Source: Eledone cirrhosa
Lineage: Eukaryota
Reading direction: 5' to 3'
Assembly: GCA_964016885.1 (NCBI GenBank)
Contig: OZ024742.1
Span: 304,544,001-304,608,000 of the forward strand
Length of the DNA: 64,000 nt
Below are positions 42,445-57,663 of this stretch, one piece after another. Each line of letters opens with the position of its first letter. The first letter of the stretch is position 1. The notes below the pieces were generated by a model. It was not told where the DNA came from. It saw nothing but the letters and a program-made list of their open reading frames with translations, and searched no databases. The position numbers were made by a program, and so were the translations under genes.

Positions 42445-43471
42445 CTAGCATTAAAGCCCGGCGTTGCTCGGGGTCATTAAGTTACCAACGTTAGGTTGCA
42501 CCACCCATTTTATGGCAGCACTTTTTTGTCTGCCAGGCACTGGGTGAATGAATTGCAGACCTGGAAGCGGGAGCTGCGCCAGCAGTGACAATTGTAGTTT
42601 CGCCTATGGATATTATCTCTGTGCAAAAAAGTGTTGAAATTTATTGTTTCACAGTACTTGCGCAACACGCGCGTAGACGATGCCAGCCGAACAACAGAGC
42701 TGCGATGGAGTTGTTCTGCATGGTTGTCTGTGTGTTTCCTAAATTTAAGACAGTAGGAAGTAGTGTGATATGGAGGAGAGTTAGCTGCTGTTTCTAGCCG
42801 GTTTAGTGACCTCATAGAAGATATGATTTCTAAATTTAAGACAGTAGGGATGGGTGTGATATGGGGGAGAGTTAGCTGCTGTTTCTAGCAGGTTTAGTAA
42901 CCTCATAGAGGATATGTGTTTTCTAAATTTAAGACAGTAGGGTGTGGTGTGATATGGGGGAGAGTTAGCTGCTGTTTCTAGCAGGTTTAGTGACCTCATA
43001 GACGATATGTTTACTAAATTTAAGACAGTAGAGAGGGGTGTGGTATGGGGGAGAGTTAGCTGCTGTTTCTAGCAGGTTTAGTGACCTGATAGAGGATATT
43101 ATTGTTTATCATCATCTATAAAAGGGAGATTGTTGTTGTTGTTGTTGAAGTGAGTGTGTGTTTGTATGCAGTAAAACGGACAGTATCACCATCAAGCTTG
43201 GAAAGAGAAAGTAGCAGAAAGTATGAAGTTGTATAGATTTTGAATGGTAGTGGAAAGAGTTTAGCAGTTTAAATGACAGAGAAAAATCGTAAAATATTGA
43301 GTTTTATCTATTTTTTGCGTAATTGTAGGTGAAATTGAAAAAATGAGATGTGCCAAGACGCAATCGAAACTATTTCGAATACTGAATTGTAAATTTCAAT
43401 TGAAGAAATTCTATATCGTAGATTTCTATAAGAAAGGAGCATGACAACACACTGAGCTTTATAGATTATGA
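42445..43471 (-). mobile_element. Non-autonomous Helitron
   Basis: Minus strand starts A|TCATAATCTATAAAG (43471) and ends with hairpin CCCGAGCAACGCCGGG, 8 nt, then CTAG|T (42445): canonical Helitron termini with an AT target. Confidence 0.8.
42733..43100. repeat. 4 x ~91-93-bp tandem repeat inside the Helitron
   Basis: aaatttaagacagtag recurs at 42741, 42832, 42925 and 43016. Confidence 0.95.
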
Positions 43472-43488
43472 TATACAAATAAATATAC

Positions 43489-43544
<56 letters not shown>

Positions 43545-44391
43545 ATATATAAATATTGCACCGTTAAGTGATTACAGAGAATTATTTCAATACGTTTACC
43601 ACTGAAAACTATGTGTTCTACATATACTTCATGGTATAGTAGGGGGCTGTTATTAAAGCAATAGCATATTACATTTATTCTACTCGAACAGAATTAGAAA
43701 AACCAGAGAACGACTGTTTTCGTTGTAGAAAATAAGATATAAAACGAGATAAAGTCAAACGAAATTTAAACTACAGCTGAATGAAACTAAACTAATTTTA
43801 TTCATTATATTCATTTATTTAGTTAGGCCGCTTTGCATTTTTTGTAAAAAATAGATTCTAAAGTAATTTCTTTTTTTTAACTAAGTTACCAAATGTGAGT
43901 TATAAATTAACTAAATCAGGATTGTAAAATAAAATAAATCTCTATTTTTAAATTGATTTACTCTTCCTGCTTATCATTCTTAGGAAAATACATAAAATCT
44001 GTATATGTTTATAAACATTTGTCAGGTTTTGTATGTATATGTGTGTGTATTGTTTCAAACATTTTCTTTCTTTTCATAATTCCTTATCTCTATATGTGTG
44101 CCTTATGCGTGTATGTCGTTTCCCACCTCTCGCTCCCCATAACTTTTTTCTAGGATTTTGGCGTTCATTAGCTAGCGTATGGTATGATTCCTTGTGTGTT
44201 TATATCGCCCCTCTATCTTTCCTTTTGTTTCTGTTTCAATTTTATTTATTTCTCGCCTACTCCAATGTATCTGAAAATTTATTTATTTCTGTGTGTTTGT
44301 GTTTATGTATGTATATAATTATACTACAGACTTACATTACACATACACTTACACACACACACATATATATATATTTATATTTGTGTGTGTG

Positions 44392-44488
<97 letters not shown>

Positions 44489-44509
44489 ATGTGTGTGTGT
44501 GTGTGTGTA

Positions 44510-44544
<35 letters not shown>

Positions 44545-46125
44545 ATGTTGTATGTGTGCATTTTGTTTTCTTTACGGTATGTTCTAAATTTGTTTAAGAT
44601 TTTTCTCTTGTCAATAAATTACATCTCCCGCTCCGCGCAAAACGGTTTGTAATTATGTCAACAACGTCTGGTTTGTTAGATAGTGAGGAATGGGAAGGGA
44701 AGCACATTTTCTTTCCTCCAGTGCCTCAACAATATTCAATTATCTCACTCAAGATATCTAGTCATTTTCAAACAGCAAATAAGTAATCAATGAAATATTA
44801 CTGTCCTTCTGTAATCCCTCAATCTGCCATCCATCATAGTTCGGTTGGTCAATCTCTATATATCCGGTTACTGTTTAACATCGTTCCCCTACCGACACTC
44901 GACACCTTAGATTACCCTGCAATATCACTATAGACACATACTTCATTGCCTTGCCTTTTGACTTCATTTATTCACTAAATCTACATGACTGCATTTTTTT
45001 CTCATTTCTTTGTTTTTTCCTTTTCTTATGCTGTTGGCAAAATAAGGATATCTAAAGTATTCTTTCCAGAACCACAATATTGCCTGTAAACTGCCGTCTG
45101 TATAACTAAATAAATACATGAAGAAATAAACACGTATTTAAAATTAATTGAATAATCAAACAAAAGCTTTCTGGTAATTTAATAACCATTAGAAAAAGGA
45201 GAATCGGAGGATGGTTAGGAGGTCAACGTAGACAACGACGGCGAACGAAGAGCTTAATTGCAATATCAAGATCCTGGTGTATAATGAATTAGAATTAGTT
45301 AGGCCGTGGTCAAGATATCATAAGATATGCAAGTTGTTTACTATCATTAAACTCATTAAAAGATTTAAGAAGTTCAACTCTTAAGGTTTCGACATTTCTT
45401 GGTTTTTATGCAACATGAAAGGAAGCAGATATTAAGAAACTATTCATGGTTTACACGGCTGGGATAAATCAGACTGAAAGATCGAAATACATATTTACCA
45501 GTAATATAATTGAGGAAACCATGAAGTTCGCAATCTATCAATATCTTCTACACTATTTCAATCAAAAGAACTACCAAGGACAGCATGTTATCACCCAGTG
45601 TCAAAATATTTTATAGCAATTATGTTTTAAGATATTGCATTAACACTATCAGTGAAGTCCTTCCAATATATTCATAGTAATTCCACATGTTTCATTGTAT
45701 ACTAGCCCCTATACTGTATTTATCTTCATTTGTAATTTATTTCGCAAATTCATTTTTTTTTTATAAAGGCAGAACAGAATAAAAGAGGTAGCATAAAGGA
45801 TTAGATTTATAATGCTTACAACCAAAGTTACCTGATATGTTGGCCTACTGTACCTTCAAATGATAAACCAGCACACATGGTAATTTAGCACAAATGATAA
45901 ACCAGCCACATATATATTGTGGCTAGGATAGCATTTGCAAGATTTAAAAGGCCTTGAGAGGATATCTGCCGTGTGCAACTTTGCATAAAGACGACATAAA
46001 TGCTATAACTAGTGTGTCAGAAAGCTACTAATGTAGTGTATAGGCGCCGTGATAGTTATCGCTGGCAGCAATGGATTCTGCTTACAAATAGTCATGTTCA
46101 TGTGCATACATATGTATGTATGAAA

Positions 46126-46181
<56 letters not shown>

Positions 46182-46609
46182 TTGTGTGTATGCACACAAG
46201 TACAAACATTGTAAACTTGCAGAGGCATATTATGAAATTGTTTGCACACGCGTGTTTGTGTGTGTGATTATGCACATTGTTTTTGTAGCAATGGATCTAG
46301 CAATTGTAGTAGTATTAGTACCAGCAATAGTAGTATTATATCTGTGGAACCAATAAGTACAAATGAAATTAAATACAGTGCATTTATTTCTTCATCTTTA
46401 AACTCTTAATTTAATCCTATGTATGCATGGTGAAATCGTAGGTGTGTTGTAATGTTATAAAGCATTCATTGCAGATCTGCACTCGGAATATTTCTTCTAG
46501 AAAATGATGAGAGAGTAATAGAGAAAAGAGAACAAGTGGTATAGAGGAAAGAAATTCTGTTATTGGACTGGTAACGACCTTGTATTGGCAGTAACTTTAA
46601 AGAGTTGGA

Positions 46610-46792
46610 CAACATGCATTGCAGCAATATAGTTACGGCCCTTTACGTTAGGATTTCAAATCGCGCCAATGTTAGCTTTCTCTTTCATCCTTACGGCATC
46701 GATAAAATAAAGTACCAATCATGCACTTGGATCGATTTAATCAACTTTCCCCTCCCCCAAAATTGCTGGCCTTGTGCCTAAATCAGAAACCA
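46610..46792 (+). mobile_element. SINE (Deu/Nin-like domain)
   Basis: ctttcatccttacggcatcgataaaataaagtacc...aaattgctggccttgtgcctaaatcagaaac. Confidence 0.75.
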
Positions 46793-47635
46793 TGATAAAA
46801 GCAAAGTTGACCTCGGCGTGATTTGAACTCAGGAGAGCTGGTAAGAGTTTAAATTAATTAGGAATAAAATGTATCTTTATCCTTCAAAGAATTATAACAC
46901 TAGTCATGTAGTTGGAAAATAATTAATTACCTGGGTTGAATTCATACTTTTCCGAGTTTGATCTTGTCTATTTAAGAAAAATCTACGCCGAGTTGGGATG
47001 TCTCGGGGACGGTGTGGCTGTTATTTCTAGCTGATCCATCGGCCACGTTCAGGATTCCTGATTTGCTCTATATTTATGTATTTTTTCTCTAATACCAACA
47101 TCCATATTCTGCTTATGTATTTGAGACAAGGGGGTGATGAAGGAGAGAATAGTACCCTGTTTCACACAACGAAGCAAGAATTGAAAAAATAAATATAATA
47201 TTTAAGCTGCACGAGAAAGAGAGAGAGAGAGAGAGAAGTAAGTACTGAAAGGTGAGATATTTTACCATGTAGAGTTTATTTCACAGTCTTCACAAACCAC
47301 TCGTTGTATATAGTTGCATCTTGTGAATAGATTCAAAGACTATCAATGCATGAAATTGGCCATACTGGTATTAAGTATATGAATGTCCAGGAAACTTTCA
47401 TTTCAATACAATAGTTATATTTGATGTTGAACACTTAAGAGTTGCGACGAAATTTGTAAGTCAAGAGGAGACGAAAAAAAAAGCAATATAGTAGCACAAC
47501 TAGAGAGAACGCAAGTAAAAAATTCATTCAAACTCTTCCAAATGCAATTAATTTCAGGATGAAATATTGCAAAACCCATCTCTGTATTCCTTCTTCCATG
47601 TTCATCTCTTAAAAATGTCACTTCTCTACACCTTC

Positions 47636-47689
<54 letters not shown>

Positions 47690-47693
<4 letters not shown>

Positions 47694-47775
47694 ATAAAAA
47701 TAAATTTGAAGACTAAATTTATTATTTAGGTTAAGGGTGAAAGCACCGATTCTTTGTTTAAACTTTAATCTGTTA

Positions 47776-47782
<7 letters not shown>
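47690..47782. mobile_element. Deleted copy of fold-back family C (see 61971-62408)
   Basis: Inverted tail end gtaata..aaatttgaagactaaa joined to gttaagggtgaaagca-cgattctttg-ttaaactttaatctgttattttaat; lies between (TA)n tracts. Confidence 0.75.
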
Positions 47783-47846
<64 letters not shown>

Positions 47847-48281
47847 CTTGTTCAAATAGTTGATGTTTGCCGAATACATGTTCATAAAAGCCCACGCTTT
47901 GAATATAAACGGAAGATAACTCAGTGAGTTATCAAAAAGCCTTGTCTTATACTAATATATTTATTTATGAAACTCATATTTTCATAAAGGTGCTGTCTTG
48001 AAATTATAAGCCGCGAAGTTCTTAGCTCGGCTAACATAAATTAAAACAAAACTCACAAAAATGCTACTTTCTTTTTTGTATACTCATATATTTAATACAT
48101 ATTTTAAAATTAAAATGTAAATACATGCAAAATAGATTACACACAACACACACCCATTTACACGAAATCAGTAAACGCGCAACGGCATATATTTTCACAA
48201 TGACGCTCACGTATACGTATATTTCATAGTATATATGAATTTGTTAGACGGCTATATATATATATATAGATATAGATATAC

Positions 48282-48342
<61 letters not shown>

Positions 48343-48547
48343 ATGTGCCGTCGGTTATTTTTTCTTAATATTGGTGACTCACAAATAAAATATTACTATT
48401 CCACCTCCAAGACTGCCCCAGAGCAACATGACTGGCTTTACTGCTACTCTCTTCCTACCTTGCTTAGACGTCTACCCACTAACAACCAATGATGGATTTC
48501 TTCAGAAGCCCCGAGCTGTTTCTTCTTCCCCAACAGCAATCATTCCA

Positions 48548-48608
48548 TTCTTCTTCTTCTTCTTCTTCTTCTTCTTCTTCTTCTTCTTCTTCTTCTTCTT
48601 CTTCTTCT
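48548..48608. repeat. (TTC)n microsatellite
   Basis: Direct run. Confidence 0.95.
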
Positions 48609-49228
48609 TTTTTCCGCCTCCTCTTTCTTCTTCTCTTCCGTCTCCTTTTTCTCTTTCCTTCCTTTTCGTATCTATTTTTCTTTTTTCATTCCCTTTTTAT
48701 TGGTCTTTTTCCTCATTTTTTTCACTTCTTTATCTCTTTTTTCCTTCTTTTTCATCATTTTCTACTTTGTAACAATACCAACAATATATATAACGTACCT
48801 AGCTGTCCAAGATCTAGGTTGTGAATGTGTCTACACTGCCTTAATTCAGTCAATTTCAAATTATATTTTACACTAATGCATTTATTTAATATTAGTTGTT
48901 TTATTTTTCATTGTTTTACGTTGAGTAACATTTTAAAAGATTAATTTTTAGTTTATGGTGAGTAGGAAATACATATATATATATTGGCATCAGAATCATA
49001 AAGGTCCCGTTCCATTAGCTTAAGGTTTTTAATCCAGGAGATATATATTATTAGTAAATGAATTAACTGCACAACCAGATCATATAAAATAATTCTTCTC
49101 GATTCTGCACCAATTCATTTTCATTTAAACATTATGAATCACAACTTCAATGATTATAAAGATATAATTGTAATATGCATTGATTATTATATTTTCAACA
49201 CACACGCCCACACATATATATACATACA

Positions 49229-49302
<74 letters not shown>

Positions 49303-49789
49303 CAGTTGTCTCTAATTTCTACTAGTTTGTAATATTATTTTGTTGGTGGGATATTTTTCTACTGAAATAGATTTTTAGCAAATTCACTCTAATAACAGAA
49401 AAATTTCAATTCATGAATAATGATATACTTAATACTTTATGGCGGGTTAAATGGTGTGGAATTATGGAACAAACATTAGGCTAACATACAAGACTAGTTA
49501 TTGATGGTGTAATGGTAGGGATGGTGGAGTTGATAGTGGAGAATGTATTAAAGAGTGAAGTGCATTTCTTTTAAAATGAAATTAAATATAAAACACAAAA
49601 TTGTTTCCTACTTAGAGAGTATTTATAAGAATATTGTGAAGCTTGTCTATTCAGCTAAACATATACGGATGTATGTATGTATGTGGGTCTGTGTGTGTGT
49701 GTGGGGGGGGGGGGGGGTATATGAGTGTATATGTATGCATGTATATTTTAAATATTTGTATGTATGAATATATAATGTACGTCATGTAC

Positions 49790-49826
<37 letters not shown>

Positions 49827-49954
49827 AGTGTCTAGTGAGAGTGTGAATGTGTTAGACATAAACAAAATAATTTGCCTTACTGTGTGCCTCTCTAAGTGTG
49901 CACACATTTATGTACCAATTTTCCTTTCAAGTTATTTCCTTTCAAGAATTTTAC

Positions 49955-49998
<44 letters not shown>

Positions 49999-50376
49999 TC
50001 AATAATACAATACGAAAGCGAGATTTAATAACTTTAATAATAATTACGCACTAGCGATAATACGTATTTCTGTGGTGAAATGGTTACGTTATTATTGAAT
50101 GAGGCAATGCACAACACGCCGGTATCAAATTCTCTACTAGGTAAGTCATTTGTATGGCTCTGTATTGTATTGATATGGAGGCAGACCTGCATTTAATGTT
50201 TTTATTCCAAAGGCCTATCTACGTCCCGCGCAAAACATGCAATACCAAGCGACATTCGTAGAAAACACATGACGGCGAGTGCTTTTTATGTATAAAACCA
50301 TGGTCTTACTGACTAGAGCGACATATTTATAGCTCAGACTACCTATTAAGAAACACTCTATTACACAGGTATGAAG

Positions 50377-50412
<36 letters not shown>

Positions 50413-53400
50413 GCATATATATATGACAATATATATATGTATGTCAATTATAGTGTCCGTAAAAGAAAATATTGTATATGTTGTAGATGAAGGATAACCA
50501 ATCCCATTCCACCAGTTCATCTGACAAAGAAATTAAGAAAATAGATATAAATAGAAGAAATAAAAGCTTTTAATTCACGTTGTCTATGTGCATATAAGTA
50601 CAATTAATTACCAACTAGAACTATGAAATATTCAGTTCTGAAGAGATACAATTACATCGGTTTTCCGTATAATGTGACAACGATTAACTTCTACCTGCTT
50701 TTCTTATCTTTGTTATTATTTGTTTATAGTCTCTATAATTAATTTGACTGTAGGCAAAACAATTAATGAATTCATCTTAATGTATTGTCCAATATTCCGT
50801 CAGTTTCGATGATGAATATCCCAGTTATTGGTCAACGACCCCACATGCTCAGGAATTTTTGCGTGTATGTGACTGAGTTTTTCTCTGGCATGTATACGCT
50901 TAATAATGGGAGATTAAGTGTGACATCATGAGGGTTAAGGCCGAGACCTGGTGTTTTTTTTTTTTTTTTGGTACGGCTTCCAAACAGTTTCCCTCTGCGC
51001 AATTTTCCTCTCAAAGCATATGTCGACCCATAGCGATTGGAAATGAAACTCGCCCAAGAAACCATGCAGCAGAAATGAAGAGGGAACCAAATAATTGTGC
51101 AACAAACTCCTTAACCATTAGAATATGCTGCATTCATAAAATTGTATTGTATAAACTTTAAAAAAAAGAAATAAATAAATGTTTTTAAAACTTAAAAATA
51201 GCCAACGTTAAAAATATTGTAACCCTATACAGGGAATCTCTCTTGCAGGCTATGACATAATTTTGATCGTTTAATTTAGTGTTTTCCTTGTATTCTTCTT
51301 ACATTACTCAATTATATCGTACTTCTATATGTCATATCTTCCAAATTACTTACCATGATGTGTTGTTCGATGAAGAATATAAATATTTATAAAAAAACGT
51401 ATTTTCTTTACGTAGTGTCTTTTTGTGTGGTATATAGATATAATAGCATCACGTAATTTATGTACATTTGAGACTATCCTTTTATGACTGGGAGAGGCGG
51501 AAGACAGAGCCAGAGAGAGAAGGGGAAGTGAATCACTGCTGTTTCTATAAGATTTGTAAGAAGTTATTTAAATTTGTGTGTTATGATATATTTTGTGAGG
51601 ATGTTTATCAGCTAAGGTGTATGAAGTACAGACAATTCTGAGACAATGGTGATTATGTATATATTAACATTTTCGAAACGTTGTGTATACGATGCATTGT
51701 CAAAACACTATAGATTTAATTGTACATACTGAAATAGCGATAGAAGAATTCTTTTGAACATACTGTACAATATTTGGAATTAAACTCGTTCTTTCTATAA
51801 CTATTTCTGCAAGTACAATGAACTCTGTTTCATTTGGGATGCCTAATAAGATCACGATTTGCCAGCAGTTGATCCTGTGCATGTCGAATAGTTTAAATGA
51901 ATTATACGTTCAACTAATGGTTTATTTTAATTTCTGCATTATTTTCAATCAGTTTACTTTTAATGTTCAATTCATTGAATATGTCAACAATTACTTCTTT
52001 GGGTATTTATTTTCCCAATACAATTAGCTAGTGTGGACGTCTGGACGAGTGAGGTATAAATGTAAAGTTTTCTAAATATTTCTATTTAGGTGTTTTGCTT
52101 CGATTTTATCTGTTTCTCTGTTATTTCAGTCAGGAATATTCATGGTATTTTTTCCTCGAAATATCCTTTCCTTGATTCCTGTGTTTTTTTTCTCTTTCTC
52201 GTAATGTTTGTCTGTCTACCCCTCTCTCCAACCCTCTTTCCATCATTCCATCCCTCTCCAATCATCTATCTTTAACCCTCCCTCGCCAACCCTCTCTCTC
52301 AATCTCCAGCCTTCTCTCTCCGACCCTCTCTCTCTCCAATACTCTCCCTCTCCAATTCTCTCTCTATATCCATCCCCTCTCCAAACCCTCTATCCACCAC
52401 CTCTCTTTCCAACACCTCTCCATCACTCAATCTCTCCATCCCTCTCATTCCACTCCTCTCTTTCCACTCCTCTCTTAATTTCTCTCTCACATACACACAC
52501 ACACTCTCTCTCTCTCTCTCTATCTATCTATCTGTATGACTTTCCTCCTCCTCCTCCTCCTCCTCTCTCGTACGTTCTATCAACCTCTTCTCTCGTCATA
52601 GAGATGTTGTCAAGATTTCAAGATATCAAGATAATAGTTATCGTGGTCCATGATGACAAGTCAGTTTTCTGTACATTTCTCTAGTTGTTGATGCTCATTT
52701 CGTAGAAGCTTACCTTATCAGAGATAATCTTATTGTCTTGTCGCTGGTTATTGCTGTTTTAGTTACTATTTTTGGAGCATCTCTTTGGTATACGTTGTCA
52801 TTTTCTAATGTTATCACATTTGTTATGTTAGCGCTCTCTGACAGAACATGTCTTATAGTAATCAAGATCAAGTAGTGTCCCATCTATTTTCTTTTACAAC
52901 TCCTTCCTCATCTTCATTTTACTGCTCTTACATTTAATTACAATTATTTCCAACAGAACCAATGCAATATTTCCACAATTATACATCTCAATTATACCCG
53001 TTTTGTTATTATTTTTGATGAAAGGTTTTGAGTATAATCAAGAATTTGGAGGAATTTAGTCATATAAGTAACTTTCACAGGCTGAAGTTTGTGAAATAAC
53101 ATAACATAGCTTGCTATGTTAAACTATAATTGAAGGCTTTTCGATAAAAATATGCACTTTAAAATAAATTGCTTTGAATCATAGCAAAACGGCGAGAAAG
53201 GGTTAAAATATGCTGCAAATACAATTGCTATTTTTGCTCAGTTCATCAGTATTTAAACTGCAATAAATGCATCATCAGAATTATTATAATCATCTTCTTT
53301 CTTCTCCTTAACCTCTTCCTTAAACTTATCCTAACTCTTCTCATCTCCTCCTCTGTTTTTTTTTTGTTTTTTTTTCTTATTATATCTTTATATTCTTTTG

Positions 53401-56179
53401 TGTTATTTTATAAATTTCTCATTCTTGTTTCCTTTTATTTTGTTTTTTCTTCCACTTTTCGTTTCTTCTTTACCGTAATACACTTATCTTTGTCATACAC
53501 AGCTATCAACATTACACCCAGTCACTACCACTACTACCACCTTTATCGTAATGCTTTTAATCACCATACGTTAAATCACATTTTATATCATTCCGATCAA
53601 CCATGTCATCTACAACATTAACTTCAACAATAACATGTCTGATCAGATTCATCATCATAATCATCTACCATCTCGTGGAATTTGGTCATTAACATCACCA
53701 TCATTCCCATCATCATCATCATCATAATGTTTACCAACATCTCGACTAAATAATAATCGCCTCCTACTATCTTAACCTGTAACTCCTACGTATTCAGTAT
53801 CTCCAATACTAACTTTAGCTAAGATTATTGTCATCTTTGATTATAATGGTTGCTAGAGTAACGACTAAGAGAAATACATATTTGCCACCACAATCACTAC
53901 TGAGCTTACTACAAACACAGCTATTAATATGATCACTACCATTACGATCTAGACATGATCCAAAATACAGTCGTCGACTTAATCAGTATTTATTTTATTT
54001 ATCTATTTATTTCTGCGGTGTTTCTTATGTCAGTGTAATACGATCGTCTATCATTTTCTCGTATTTAGAAACACTTCAATAAGAAATACAATCACTGCAA
54101 CAATATAGAATAGCCCTACCATACTATATATACCACATCGGGCTGTGTTGCCCTTTATAAAAAATATTCTATCACACATGGAAACTATTCGCCGACGTTG
54201 CGTTTACTTGTATCAACAAACATCACATTAGATGACTCCTTAGCAAAGACAGGTGTCTTAGTAGTTAGGGTGCACAGTTAACAATAGTTAAGTTGTGAAT
54301 TCGATTAAAGGAGATGCATTTCCTTCTTGAGACAGATATTTTATTTCGTATTGACTCAGCCTTCTAAGCTGGCAAACATGATTTGAACCTGTAATTCCAA
54401 CGGCCAGCCGTGTCACGTTGAACTCTCCTACCTAAACGTGTGTATATTCATGCACATATATTAATATAAATAATATATGTATGTTTATATGTATAATGAT
54501 GTTTCAATATTCTGTACAGTGTTAGCAATTATTGTCATGCTGATTTCTTCCCGTTTGTCAGTGTCTACGGATAATCACACACACACACGCACACATATAT
54601 TGGCAACTCTGTGATATATTCACTGATAGAAAGACAGAAAAATAAATATTTTCATTACAGAAAATATAATTGTCTTTGAATTTTCATTGTATATAAACTT
54701 ATAGTATATGTTTCTATGTTTTCATATACAACATATCCGCGTAACACTGTCTTAGTGCTGCTGCTAAGTAATTATAAACTGTTTGACATCCTGAACCGGA
54801 ATAGTAACTCTGTGACGTTTTATATTTATAGACGGACAGGAGCTGCTATAACATTGCTCAAATTTGGTGGCAGTCGTTCAACACGACTCTTGTAGCGCAA
54901 TGAGCAGATTCAGAGAAACCTAAGGACAGAATGTTTGAGGGGTGGAGTAGAGGCGTTAGTAATGGTTGAAAAATATGTGAACCATTCATCTACGGAGAAA
55001 GTAAATTTGACCTCGTTGGATTAGAAGTTATAGCGTAAAGCACCGAAACAAATAATGCAATGACCTGTCGATTCAGCGTATTCCCGGTATTTGTTAGGAG
55101 AGCACATATACAGAATTAGTTACAAAGCATAACCGAGTTTTGTAGCGTACAGTATTCTCTACAGTATTTGCCACAGAAATAGGAATAATATGTAAATAGA
55201 AAAATAAAACGTGTAATAAATTAAGTAAATGAAAACAGAACAATGAGAAGCAAAGCGGTTTCGAAAAATAACGAAACATTAAGACAAGTAATGAATAAGA
55301 TTGTCTTTACTGCGGTATGAAAGGTACTTGATTATGAATTTAAAAATGAATTAGGAAGAGGGGGAAATGAATTTTCCCGATTCAAAATTATTCTGACTCT
55401 CTGGGGATAGTGCAGATTTTACGCAAATATCAAAGATTATATTCAAAAATGCAGTAGATGAAATTCTGGTCATATTCGTAATGATTAACACAAGCAGGCA
55501 TCTTTGAGTAAGGGATTGAAAATGTATGTGTATGAGTTTTTATGTGTATTGTTGTGCTTTCAGATCATATTAGTATATTTACGAGAACATTTGTATATGC
55601 TGTGCAAATATAAAATGCATATGAATTGTGTGTTTTTCTGTGCCTGTGTACATACACCAATACACTCCTCCAAACACAATCATTTACATGTGTGCATATG
55701 TCTTTTTATACATGTGTGCGTCTGATTGAATGTATGGACCATGTGAGACTTCCCATATATTGCACTTTTTATATACATTTTATTTTGTTTGCTTATTTCC
55801 TTACATTCTACATAATATTACCCCCTTTCACGCGCATTAAACCAAACCCACATTACATTTATGTGAGTCTCCTTTGTTCTTATGCTCGTCTTCGGTTCAC
55901 TGTCCACTCTCTATTTGCCTGTTTTTAAACAACGGCTAATTTAGTTTCAAGTGGGTCAAAAGAGGCTCTCGGCTCTGATTTGGCTCTGCGTTCGGTACCA
56001 TTTCCGTTTCCGCTGGAGCGCTATTATCTTTTTGGCTTCCTGTCTCAGATAGCAGGTTAAAAATATAACTAAGTCATAGGCCCAGAGCGTAAGAATAAAT
56101 TACACAAACACATGCAAGCAATCTTTAGGTTCAGGGAAGTATTTTCAATGGATAAGAGTATTAAAGAATTCTTATAAAC

Positions 56180-56243
<64 letters not shown>

Positions 56244-56311
56244 TACATAATAATCAAAGCTATGTTCAAATCATGTTATTGCTGACAATATATATATATA
56301 TATATATATAC

Positions 56312-56351
<40 letters not shown>

Positions 56352-56359
56352 ATATATAT

Positions 56360-56540
56360 AATTGTTTCTACTTTAGGCACAAGGGCAGCAATTACCCAGT
56401 GCATTACTGGTACTTTTATTTTATCGACCCCGTAAGGATGAAAGGCAAAGTCAATCTCGGCGGGATTTGAACTCAGATCGTAAAGGGACGTAACTATGCT
56501 GGAAAGCATGGCGTCCGACCCTCTACCGATACTGCCAAAT
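56360..56540 (-). mobile_element. SINE (Deu/Nin-like domain), young copy
   Basis: Near-identical to 36991-37170. Confidence 0.85.
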
Positions 56541-57419
56541 GCCTGGGTGCTTGTGTGTGTGTGTGTGTGTGTGTGTATGTATCTGTATCTTTGAAAACTA
56601 CAGTAGCATCGCTCTTCTTATGGAAGCTTGGCAAATGATTTAAAAATGATTAGTGGATCCGTGTTTATATAACGGTGATGAATGTGTATAAATAATTGAT
56701 AATAAAGAAAAGGGAATAGGAAAGCTATGCTAATATAACCTTTTTTTAATCTTCAACATATTAGTGAAAAGATCAATAAAGTGTCTGCAAATAGTTTGGC
56801 TTATTTTTCAGCTTCCTCAGACATATTTTCAGGCAGGCTAACAAAATGGCCGACATGCTGACGGAAAAATTGAAAATCAGATGGTTCGAATGCAGAACGG
56901 TTCAAAACCATAGATAGATGGTTGTGGAATTTGAATATTGTTGCAAAATACAAATAGTGAAATAGTTCCTTCTCTCCTCACACTCTCATCCTCGTCCAAT
57001 TCTCTGAAATATAGAAATAAGTAAATTAAAGCATGAGAGGGTATGAAAGGATAATTATACATTGATACACAATACCTAGTCACAAATTATATTGGATACA
57101 TGTATCTAGATTATCAGAGATGAAATGGAAAGTGGAACATGTTATCCTACTTTGGACGACATATTAAATATAGTGCATTAAATAGAAAATGTAGTTGTGT
57201 TTTAACGTCCTCTAGTAGTTGCACTATTTTATTGTTACTTAGTTTTCGACTCAGAACGATGGGTAGGGGAAAGGTCATCTATATGGGATTTAATCTAAAT
57301 TAATGTTGACGGATTTTAAGAGACATTAGCACGTGAGAAGTATTTATTTCTGGTATTTCTTCTGGATGTCGGGGTATGACTTTCAAATACTCAGATAAGT
57401 TTAATCTTTCATCATTTTT

Positions 57420-57663
57420 GCGTCGTTAAGATAAAGTATCTCTCCACTCCAGTGTAGATTGACACAATTGTTAAATCCTTTGACGAGATGTCTTATATTT
57501 TGTCCGAATTCAAACCTTATCGTAGACTCCTTGGCTGGTAGTTTAACAACGCACCCTGATCTTTGGGAGGTTTTAGCAGAATCCACTCTATTGCAAATAG
57601 AATACCTCCCTCTAACAATACTTAGAGGTCCTGTGAAATGTCATGAGACTCCGATGTCTCGTT
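57420..57663 (-). pseudogene. Possible Tc1-like transposase N-terminal relic
   Basis: Minus-strand RDIGVS*...NRVDSAKTSQRSGCVVKL loosely resembles the HTH-RSGRP region; weak. Confidence 0.3.

Noticed and set aside
52208-52684. 158-aa Pro/Ser/Leu-rich ORF
   Set aside because: Pyrimidine-rich (CT)n-like low-complexity tract
56842-56854. caaaatggccgac YY1-like motif
   Set aside because: Isolated short motif without promoter or gene evidence
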